Origin: the human T2T-CHM13v2.0 reference genome, Homo sapiens
DNA: 64,000 nucleotides
Strand: one strand, 5' to 3'
Assembly (NCBI RefSeq): GCF_009914755.1
Contig: NC_060929.1
Of this stretch, positions 27,070 to 39,587 are shown piece by piece; the stretch's first letter is position 1; each line of letters opens with the position of its first letter. Position numbers and translations under genes: made by a program. The notes under the pieces were generated by a model that did no database searches, was not told the DNA's origin, and saw only the letters and a program-made list of their open reading frames with translations.

Positions 27070-30000
27070 ACTTGTAATTCTATTTTTAAAGCAATAAATA
27101 TAAAAGCAAACTTGGATATAAGAAATACTAGAACCACCACCAAGATAAGAGGACTTATCTGTGAGTGGCAGAATTAGAGATGCTTTTTCCTTGTGTTTTT
27201 CTCCATTGTCCAAATGTTTTACAATAAACATGCTTTTTGTTGTAATCAGAAGAGGCTGTTAATGCATCCTCGGGAGCAGAGAGGACAGGCCAGCCTCTGT
27301 ACACGGAGGGCATGGACAGGGCGAGCCGGGCCCTTGTCGGCTCTGACTTCCTCAAGTCCACAACCTGCCCCACAGATGTGGGTGGCCCCTATGCCCCGTG
27401 TCCTCCAGCCACTCCTATCAGGTCCACACATGGACCTGGTTTCAGCTGAGGCAGCTGGCCTGAGTTAATCCAGAAAAGCACCGACAGTCTCCACCACCAG
27501 AGTCTCCTGCCAGACTCTATCCTTGCTCTTAGAAAGTGATAAGATATTGGCACAAAGAGAAAAAAGTAAGTCCTCCCTGAGGCTGGTCCTGAAGTTTACT
27601 AAGCTACAAAAAAACACAAAAAACAAACAAACAAAACAAAAAACCAAAAAATGCTTTTTCTAAAACCGACCATTCTCAAAGGTGTTTTTCTTTCCAAATA
27701 TTGCAAATTTATACTGAGTAGGTTAGAATGATTTCTGAAACCCATCTTTTCTTCTATTGAGACTGTCAACGATGAGGAAAGACAGTGATATTTATAGAAG
27801 GGCTGCCACACACAGGACTGGAAATGGCCTCTGTGTCTCACACTCAGTTAACCCCGCTCTGCAGGTGTGATCTCCCCAGGCCCAAGTAGCCTGCCCAAGT
27901 CCACACAGGTGACTGACTCAAAGCCACGGTGATCCTCTGCACATGAGGGGCCTCCGAGGTGGCCCAGGCCCTTCAGCACGAGGCAGTCACCCCAGCCTCT
28001 GGGATGACCACATGGAGCCATCTGCAAATATACCCCAGGCTGAGAGCCGGGCAGAGCCCTCCTGTCCTCCACAGGCCAAGAGATAGGAATTTCCACTCAG
28101 GACTGGGCCCCAGGAGCCTGCGAAAGGTCCTCCCCTTCCTCGAATGGGGAAGCTGAGCGGGGTGTCTGCCCCACCCTGTGGGTCTCACGGAAGGAGTGGC
28201 CCAGGTGGTGGTGTGAGAACGAGGGGTCTGGAGGCACACAGCTGGTCTTGCTCCTGGTGCTGGCGACGTGAACGCCCTGAATCCAGCCCACCCAGGGAAG
28301 ACGCCTACCTCCGTGTGGAAATGGGGGTCTGTGTGTAAGCTGGGGCTGGGCGACCTCAGGAAAAAGGCCATCATGGGCTGTGATACCAGCTTCCTGGAGA
28401 CGTTGACAGGGTGTCCTCATCCCTCACCAGGCCCAGCCTGCTCAGGCCTCCCAGTGACTGGGGAGCTGCTGGTAGGACCAGGGGCACGGCTGCCAGAGCT
28501 GCCTACACAGAGGAAGTGGGGGGGCTTGCTGGACCCCAGCTCTCTTCCTTCCAAGAAAGCTCCCAGTGTCAAGCCTGAGGGACGCCCGCGGGGCTCCACA
28601 CACATCCATCTCTCCGTTCCCAGCCCCGACAGTCACAGCGCCCCTTCTCCAGGCCAGGCCCAGGTGTGAGGGAGCCCGATACCACCCCCACACTCAGCTT
28701 CGGCTTTAATTCCCGACAGTCCTGTCATGGCCCCAGGGACAGCAGCCCCGGGTTTGGCCTGGCTCGCGTTCTGGGTGCTCTAAGCCAAGGGGCTTTCCTT
28801 TCCCCAGGCTTCACAGCGAGTGAGCTGCAGAGATGAGAGCCACGCCCAGCTACTCCATCCGCACCCAGCCTCCTGCCTGTCGGCCACAGGGCCAGCTGCC
28901 GGCACCCAACTGGGTCCTGGGAGGAAGGAGTGAGGGAGAAGAGGCCTCTGTGGGACGCAGACCCTGGCACCTGCTCTGGTGTGGCTGAGAACAAGCCCCC
29001 TGCCCCTCCCCCGGGGCAGCAGGCAGCATCCTCTCCGATGCTCGAGGCTGGTGGGGAACGGACCGGACCGCTGGGTCACTTTGCTCAGAGGAAACAATGG
29101 AGAAGAGGGGTAGGAAACCACTCATCTACACCCCACCCTCTCCCCTCTGGACCTGTGAATACAGAGTAACCCGGGGTGAAGGGAACTGCGTCATGCCAGG
29201 AGTGGTTCTGTTAGTCTCCGGTCCTCCCGAGCCGGTACTGGTACAGCGAATAATGCCAAGATGCGGGGCTGAACTTTCCAGCGAAAGCCTGTGCTTCCCC
29301 AAGATGCTGGACGCCCAAAGGTCCGGGCTGCTGTGTGCAGGAGACGGGAGCCTGACCCTTGCCTAATCAGAAGAGCAGCTGGGGACTGCGGCAGGGCCCT
29401 AACCCCAGGTGTGCCATGGGATGAGGGTGGGTCCCAGCTGGTTTTCACATTTCATTCTTACTTCCGCAGAGTCTGAGAGGCCAGGCTGCTCATTGCTGGG
29501 GGAGCTGCCCGGACTGCCTGGGAGATCCCAAACTTGACTCAGCCCAGCACGGGGCCACTCCAGCATGAAGTCAATGTTCCCCAGAGTTACCACCAAGTCC
29601 TGGAGGGCTGGGTTTGTGACACATCATGTGCCTTCATCTCTGCATTCACAGAGCAGGAAATTGAAGCTCAGCGAAGGTGAGCACCTTCTCTTAAGGTCAC
29701 TCAGCCGAGAGGAAGCAGAGTGGACCCCACGTCAAGTCTCCCTGGTGCTGGGGCTGGCCTCCTCTCCTCCGCTGCAGGACCGGGGACCACCGCTCTCTAT
29801 CACCAGCCGTCCTGACTGCACAGATCTGTCCCGAATCAGCCAGCATTTCCCTCCCTGCATCTTCCTGCCCTGGAGGCACAAAATGAATCTGCCCCTCCCC
29901 TGACGGCCCTGCCAATCTCTTCTGCTGCTGGGCTCCCCCTACTCTTTCTGACATCCCAGGACCTCCGGATGCTGCTGCCACGACCCTCAACCCCCGCACA

Positions 30001-30546
30001 GGACCTGACAGCGGCACAGCCACGCTGCGTCTTGCTGCTGACGTGGTGCTCACTTGGCCGGGGCTAGGACATCTATCCCAGGAATGCGCTAGCTTTTGGG
30101 TTAATTTTAAGAGATCTGCCAAGGGATGACACCACAGCCAAACTGGAACCAGCCAGTCTCCTGTTATCGAGTGATGACGAGGAGCGGTGGCTGGGACAGG
30201 GAGTCCTCTGCCCACTGGGAAGAGGCCCAGCCCTCCAGTGGAGCACGCCACAGTGCGGGGGCTGGACTGTTGGCTCTTGGCTGGACTTACTGAAGAAGCA
30301 GTGGCAGGTGGATTCAGTGCCACCCAGACACCTGCTCGAGGTGCTCTGCCTTGCCTCCAGGGCAGCCCTGGAGATCTGTGCAGCCTTTACCTCCCCAGAG
30401 CTCACGCTAATCGCCTCCACAGAAAGACCACGGCTGCTGAGGAGCAGAAGAGACAGGAGCGCAGACAGAGTTAAATCAAGGCTCAGGGAAAGAATATTGG
30501 TTTAAGAGAAAAGAGTGAAGAGAGCAAAAAATAAATGACAAATTAC

Positions 30547-30573
30547 CGGGTAGCCATCTCGTCCTGATTGCCC
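30547..30573 (-). CDS. COL23A1: COL23A1 exon (probably exon 5), 27 nt, GQSGRDGYP
   Basis: ccacag|GGG CAA TCA GGA CGA GAT GGC TAC CCG|gtaatt; three Gly-X-Y triplets. Confidence 0.93.
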
Positions 30574-32150
30574 CTGTGGTAATTAATATGTCATTAATAA
30601 TCAGAGTTTCGGCAGAAACCATATGGCAACACTTAGAGCTCAATCAGGGCCCAGACCCACACCCGCCCCCCGACAGCTGGTTGGTGACTTCCTCTGCATC
30701 GGGAGGACTCAAGGGCTCCAGGGGTCTTGGGGGCAGAGCAGCCCTTTCCTGCCTCAGAGGGCCAGGCTGGAGGGACCAAGAGCCTCAGGGCTTCATCGGG
30801 GCCCCGGGCACAGTCACATGTGTGCCCTCCCCACGCTGGCCAGGCATAGGGTAAATGCCACGTGGGGACGTGGGGTTCTGGAGGGTGCAGCCACAACCAC
30901 ACGACCAACCAGGAACTGAAAATGCTCCTTAAACTAGGCCTGGAAGAGAGCCTGTTTCCTCTCAGTTGCCACTGGGATGGGGTGAACCAAGAAAGAGAGC
31001 CTTAGAAGCCAGGAATATCGGGGGGCGTTCACTGTGGCTGGATGCTTCTCTGCCCCCTAGTTCCAGACCCTGGAGCAGTGACCACCCTGCCTGTGTTCCA
31101 CACTTGGGCACCCATCTCCCAGGTCAGACCCTTCCAGGTCGCAGCTTGAGAATTTCTGCATTTGTTTAATTCATTTACTATTTTAACTGCCAAGTTAAAA
31201 AACAAACAAAAAAAACACTCTATAGCCCCCGGCGTTAGGTACTTCAGCAAGTTCACACACGCTAGCCTCCCTGAGACAGCCAGGAAGAACTCAGCTGCCA
31301 AACATCGCTTGAAGCCAATAAATCAACACAATCCTGCTGTCTTGCTTGGCTCACGGTGGGGCTGCATGCACCGAGAAGCCCAGATTCCGAAGGGCACTGA
31401 TCGGGAAACCAATCATGGTACACGGAAGTAAAAAATAAAAGGGCTCATCTGAAAGGAATTCCTTGAGAAGGCTGATTTTGGCTCTGACTGTCAATGTGCT
31501 TCTTGAGTGGATTAACTGGGATTTACCGGGCTCTGAAAAACTGACAGCATGAATCAAAGGCAGGCACATCCTTTGCCCTGGAGAATGAATGGGATTTCTA
31601 GGACCACTTGCAATCCCCTGCATTCAAAGCTGCCTCTGGCCGGCCAGGAGAAGTTCAAGGGAGCTGCCCAGTGCTTCCCTCATACCCTTCACACCCCTCA
31701 CAAATGCAGTGACATTTTCCTCCTGCTCCAGTGCCATGCCCTCACCAGCCAGGTGTGCTCACAAGGTCTCAGCTGTCTGATCCACATTCTGGCAAAGAAG
31801 AAAAATGAACCCCAGGGTCTAGTGGTCAAGCCCGACTAATTCCTGGGACAACTGCCCGACTCTACAGCTCTTTCTGCCAAAGCACGGGACACTGAAGCAT
31901 TAAGAAACGTCAACTGTCACGGAGCATTTTAAAGCTACGGACATGGTGCTAGCATTTCCGTGTACCAAGGTGAGCCCAAGATTTGGTGAGGAACAGCCAG
32001 GCTTGTGCGCTGGCTCTCTTGCTAGGAAAATGGTCACAGAACGTTCCGGCAAACAGGTCAAGCCTGTGGAATTCTGTGCCTGCATTCATCTACAAATTAA
32101 AATATAACATGACTCCTGTATGACTGATTTTTTCCCCCCAAACACATGAG

Positions 32151-32479
<329 letters not shown>

Positions 32480-32584
32480 TGAGGACACACCTCCCTAACC
32501 AAAATTATGTTCATGGAATTGCAACAGAGAGAGAACCAAACATCTTATCTTTCAGAAGCAGACAGCACAGTCCAGGACACTTAC

Positions 32585-32592
32585 TGGAGGAC
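32585..32592 (-). CDS. COL23A1: COL23A1 8-nt microexon (probably exon 4), GT CCT CCA, completing G-P-P, phase 1-0
   Basis: Minus strand reads actgactgtggcttctctgcttgtgttttgcag|GTCCTCCA|gtaagt, with a branch point, pyrimidine tract and consensus donor. It supplies exactly the bases needed to join the phase-1 exon at 48802 to the phase-0 exon at 30573. Confidence 0.9.
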
Positions 32593-32639
32593 CTGCAAAA
32601 CACAAGCAGAGAAGCCACAGTCAGTGTGGAAGGCAGAGT

Positions 32640-32687
32640 CCCCTCGCCTGTCCTCAGCACGGTCCCCTCACCTGTCCTCAGCACGGC
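32640..32687. repeat. 24-bp tandem duplication
   Basis: cccctcgcctgtcctcagcacggt followed by cccctcacctgtcctcagcacggc. Confidence 0.85.
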
Positions 32688-34276
32688 TCCTGGCCACCTC
32701 TCCCCGGAAGGCTTTGATGCTGCCATGGCTGTTTCCTGCCACGGCCTGAAGCTGGGGGCAGAGCAGAAGGAGCACCTTTGCCCTTGGAGGGGCCGGGATG
32801 GTCACGGGGTTGGTGGTGACAGTTCCCACATGCATGGGTGCATGCATTCATGTCACCAGGCGGCTTTGGGTTCTGGCACTGAGTAGGAATTGGAACTTGT
32901 TCCTACTTAAAGGACAAGCTCTGGTGCTCCTGAGGGGATGGTTTGTTTCTATTGAGGGCAGACTGGGGGAGCAAACATTTTGGACAGAGAGAATACTGGG
33001 AGGAATGGCAAATGGGTGTGGCTGAACAGGCTTTTTGGGGGAGGGGGCTCCTGCTGCCCAGCTCCAGGGTTAGAAATGCATGAGGAGTAGCAGGGCCTGG
33101 GGCTGCAGCTGAGGCTTGTCTACCAGATGAGGGCTCACAGAGAACCCTTATGAGGCCCACAGGGGCTTCACCTCACAGCTTGTGAAGCATGTTGCATACT
33201 CGTTATTGCATTTGACCTTCCCAACCATCTTTTGTGAGAGGTCTGATGAACATCTCCACTGGACAGCTGATAACGCAGAGGCTCACAGAGCAGCGACTTG
33301 TGTGGGGCCACATCGTTGATTATGGTGGAGTGAGCGCATGCTGGATGGAAGGAGGTCTCCCAACTCTACCACCCCTAGGCTCTGTGCACTAAGCCACGCG
33401 GCTGCCAAACCAGACCCCGAACCTCACTCGAGAATGAGGCCACACGGGGAGGCAGCACCCGGCAGTCAGCGGCCAGCATGATTTATACGTCCCAAGTATG
33501 AGCCAGGAGCCATGGGGGTAACTAACGGGACCAGTAGTGAGTGCAAGAGGCAAGAGCCCTGGCTCATGAATGTTGACTGAGCAGACAGATCCTTAAGAGG
33601 ACATTACACAGGGAGAAGGCCAGGAAGCTCCATGCATAGCACAAGGGCCCTGACCCAGGCTGGGCCGAGTCCAGAGGGTGAGAAAAGAGGAGGGAGGAGT
33701 GTTGCAGAGATGGACAAGCTCAGAACATGCCAAGATCATGGGCTTTTGAGGATCCAGGAGAAGTGAAGGCTGCTGCAGCAGCGGGAGGGCCGGAGAAGGC
33801 AGGGCCAGCCAAGCCCGGGGTTTTGTTTCCATGTAATGGTCTGGGGGGCTTGGTTCTAAGGGTGAAGGGGAGTCAGCGAAGGGCTCTGCAAGGAGGAGCG
33901 ATGGGGAGGGGCAAGAGTGCACCTGGAGATGCGCTGAGGTGTCCCCATGCAGGTGCTGGTGGGTGAGGGGGGAGTGGAGAGAGTCAGAAGATGTTGGTCA
34001 GGGGAGAGATGGGGCTCGCACAGTAGCGATGCATAGAGGAAGGAGAGAGATGACAAGGATTTTTGGCTTGAAACACTGATGTACTCACACCCCAGAATGA
34101 TGACATGGGGAACAGTGCTTTCCCCAAGTCTAGATCAGGGCGGAACAGAGCAAGATGCTGGCAGCTTGGACATCCCATTGAGCTGACTCCTCACTGTCAG
34201 CCAATGACCTTGATTCCTATTTTCCAAAGCAAACAAAAGCTGCCGGATAGGTTCGCCATCGCCTTTCCAACACCAG

Positions 34277-34475
34277 TTGTATACATCTGTGCCTGTACCT
34301 GTGCCTGGACCTGCACCTCAGCCTGTGCCTGCATCTGTACCTCCCCCGTGCCTGCGCCTGCATCTGCAACTATGCCTATACCTGTACCTGCCTTTCCACC
34401 TGCCCCTCCTCCTCGAACTGTTCCTGCACCAGCACTTGCGCCTGTGCCCGCACCTGCCCCCTGCACCTGCCCTCC
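34277..34475 (+). repeat. Degenerate (CCTGYR)n hexamer microsatellite
   Basis: Runs of cctgta/cctgtg/cctgca units; they explain the PAPAPV and GAGAGT ORFs. Confidence 0.85.
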
Positions 34476-34719
34476 TCTCCATGCCTTCAGGTTAACTCGG
34501 AAGAACTGACCCACATTCAATTAGGCCACTGTCCCCTCTGTATTGCCCAGAGCCTGGCCCCATCTACGGTCCCTCTGGATCTTAGTCACACTTGCCCTCT
34601 CATGCAAGTCCTGCCCAACAGCTCTGAAACATGCTCTAATTCCTCGGCTGGCAAAGCCATCCCTTGATCACACACCCCGTTCTATTCCTGCCCTTCCTCT
34701 GCTCTCTCCCTCACAGCAA

Positions 34720-36240
34720 GAAACAGTGGGAGGTGGCTTTAGAGGGGCAATGTGGGGCAATTAGGTAGGGCCTTGAGCAGAGAGAGGGTGAGACCTGGCT
34801 CATATTTTAAAGATCCCCGTGTGGGGTGGCAGGGGTAGAACCCGGAGGCTACTGCATGCTGCAGGGGAGAGAGGACAGTGGCTCACAGCTGGTGGTGGCC
34901 GTGGAAGTGGTGGACGTGGTTGGGTTCTGGATTGATTCTGACAGCACAGCCAAGAGGATCTCCCTAGTTTTGGCTTCAGCAACTGAAAGGATGGGGCTGC
35001 CGTCAACAGAGGTGGGGAGATAGTAGTGGGGCAGGCTTGGCTGAAGGGGTCAGAAGCTTGGCACACGTGACACTGCTGGAAGTTAAAGAGAAGATCAAGA
35101 AGTCCTGGAAGCAAAGTAGAGAAAGTGTCTCAGGAGGGGGTGATCGCCTGTGCACAGGACGAAGTAACTGCCCTGCTGATGGGTCAAGTAAGAAGACCAG
35201 GAACTGGATGTAGCAATGCAGAGGCATGTCCAGGGAGTGACAGGAGGGGGGTCTGATGGGAGAGGGTTTCAGAGAGAAGGGGGTTGAGGGATGTGGACAG
35301 TGGGTGCTTTGGAGGAGCTCTGCTGCAAAGGGGAGGAAATGAACAGTTGCTTTGTGGGAGTGGGGCCTGGAGATGGGTATGGGTATTTCTTTAGGATGAG
35401 AGACATGGCCACATGTTTGTAGGATGAGAGTGGTCCAGCAGAGAGAGGGGATTCGGTGTGGGGGAGGAGGGGAGATTCCTAGAGCCACATTCTTGAGGAG
35501 GTGAGAAGGGCTGGCTCTTGGCGCTGGCACAGATGGGGGCCTGGACAGTCCATCTGTGGAGATGGCAGGAGGAAGAGTGCCTGGTGCTGCTAGGCATGTG
35601 CCATGGAGGTGGGAGTTTGGGCAAGTTCTCTTCTGATTGTGCCAACTCTCTCAGTGAAGCAGGAAGCGAGGCCGTCAGCCTCAGGTGATGATGCTGCAGG
35701 AGGTGTTCGGGGACTGAGCGGGAGAGGCTGAGTGGGTTGGACAATGTGGCCTCAGCCAGGCAGCAGAAAGGGCCACGGGGGCTGGGGGTGTTTCTCTCCA
35801 GCTGGGTAATCTGCACGCACTGGAGTGGAGCATGTGGAGGGGACTGGGTTCAGTCTGGGGTGGGGCTTTTGCTGAGTAAGAATGAGGGAGGAGGGAGGGG
35901 CAGGGAGGTCTGGCATGGGGAAGCTGGCAGGATTCCAGCTGGAGGGGTGAGGGGCAAGGGGCTGGGATCCATGGATCTGAAGGCTGGAGATGGAAGGGTT
36001 GTGGGGGTCAGGAAGAGGGAATGGGCTGGAATTTGTGAACTGAGAATTTGTGGATGCTGCATTTATATCGGGCAAGACCTCTGGAGGGACAGGCTGTTGT
36101 CAGAGGAGGCCAAGTCTATCAGAGGAGAGGAGGCCACGGAGTCCAGAGGCCAGGCTGTGTAAGGGGCTTCTACGTGGCTATCAAGATTCACAGGAATTCA
36201 CCCAGAAGTACTGTGGGAGAGAGGGCTGGTGACCCAGGGG
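34720..36240 (-). mobile_element. Long decayed L2 fragment
   Basis: Purine-rich plus strand with L2-type motifs (ggaggctactgca, ttttggcttcagcaactgaaaggatggggctgcc, gaggagctctgctgcaaagggga). Confidence 0.7.
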
Positions 36241-36443
36241 CTGGAACCGACTAGCAATGAGGTGGGTGCACGTGGGATCAGAGATGGCTTCTAGAATGAC
36301 ACCCCATCACCACCCCAGTCTCCCATTCTGGGGCCAGGGTCATAGTTCTCAAAATGCAGATCTGATCCTGACACTTCCCTCCTCACTGTCTTGTTCCTAA
36401 GACAATGGCCCGAACCCAGTGGTGCCTTCCACGTGGTGATCTG

Positions 36444-36523
36444 CCTCCCCAAATCACTACCGAGCTCCCTCCCCAAATCACTACCGAGCTCCCTCCCCAA
36501 ATCACTACCGAGCTCCCTCCCCA
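36444..36523. repeat. 24-bp minisatellite, about 3.3 perfect copies
   Basis: Unit cctccccaaatcactaccgagctc. Confidence 0.95.
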
Positions 36524-36574
36524 GTGCCCCACACCTGAGCCTCTGGAAACAGTAAGGAGAGATGTGTTATAACC

Positions 36575-38040
<1,466 letters not shown>

Positions 38041-38249
38041 GAGTCAAAAGCGTCAACACACTTGAACTTGACAGTGGCTGGAGAAAGCTCTGTGTCTTTG
38101 CTCCTCCCAGCTTTTGCTGCCTTTCCTCACACTCATGTCCAAGCTGCCTCCAGGGAAGCTCAGGCTGGGATTATTATTCTGAGAGCCTGAGGTCCTGAGA
38201 GCAGAGCCCTGGGGACTGGCGTGAAGTGCAGCCCAGATGAGACGAAGGA

Positions 38250-38420
38250 GGGGCTGTAAGAGTCAACATCGCTCCCTCACTGAGCACTCCTCGTGCACCG
38301 GCAGCTCCACTGAATGCGTTCCCCAGAGCATTTCATGTAACCCCTGCTGCAACCTCACTAGGTGCATTTTACAGATGAGGAAACTGAGGCCCAGAAAGGC
38401 TACCATGCCCAGGGTCATGT
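38250..38420 (-). mobile_element. MIR
   Basis: Core cattttacagatgaggaaactgaggcccaga. Similar MIR cores occur near 3775, 9120, 10155, 10840, 15160, 46735, 52875 and 56660. Confidence 0.75.
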
Positions 38421-39224
38421 CCTCTTCTGACCTGGGGCAGAGAGAGGTGAGACACGCACTTCACGACCCCCGCGGATCCCACGCAGGGGCTGCTGGGAAG
38501 GCACTTTCGTCCGTGGGAGGACCCAGGCCCCCTTTCTTGGCCACGCCGTTTTTTTTTCCTACCACAGAAAGAGCGGTAATGTGTACTGAGCTTCCCCAGA
38601 GGTCCCCGGGAGGGTGTGTGGTGTGTCTGAATCACCCGGCTGGTGAGGCGGTAGTCCAGCCAGAGGCAGTCCCGTAGGACCCTAAACCCATGGCACCATC
38701 CATGGTCTCCAGAGGGGTGGCAGAGTGGGAATGGCAGCGTTCCGGAGACTGATCTCGTTGCTCGTGGGACAGTCCACCTCAAGCTCATCTACAAGACTTT
38801 AAAACACACTGCCCACCACTTCTCTTGGGCCCTACTGGCACCATGTCACCAGGCTACCATTGCTTCATGCCAGCACCAGCGTCACAGCCTCCTAATCCGA
38901 CTCCTCCTCCTGGGCACCCAACTCCACCAGCCAGAGGGGCGTTTACAAAATGCCCAACCCCTTTCCAGGGCTTCCCACGGCACACGGAATGAAATCCCAA
39001 CTCCTGGCCCAGCCTTCCTGCATGGCCCAGTCCTTGCCAGTCTCCAATGCCCTTGGGCACGGTGCTCTGCTCCATCCTTCCCTCTCAGTTCCCCAAGCTG
39101 CCAGCTCCCTTCAGCCTTAGACATTCACATTGGCTGTGTTCCTGCAGCCGGCATGGCATGGCTCCACTGCCACTGCCTTGGACAAACCTTCCACGACTGT
39201 GACATCCAAAGATGTCAAAGACAA

Positions 39225-39587
<363 letters not shown>

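Noticed and set aside
34105-34520. Pro/Ala-rich and Gly/Ala-rich ORFs
   Set aside because: They are translations of a degenerate hexamer microsatellite and have no convincing splice sites.
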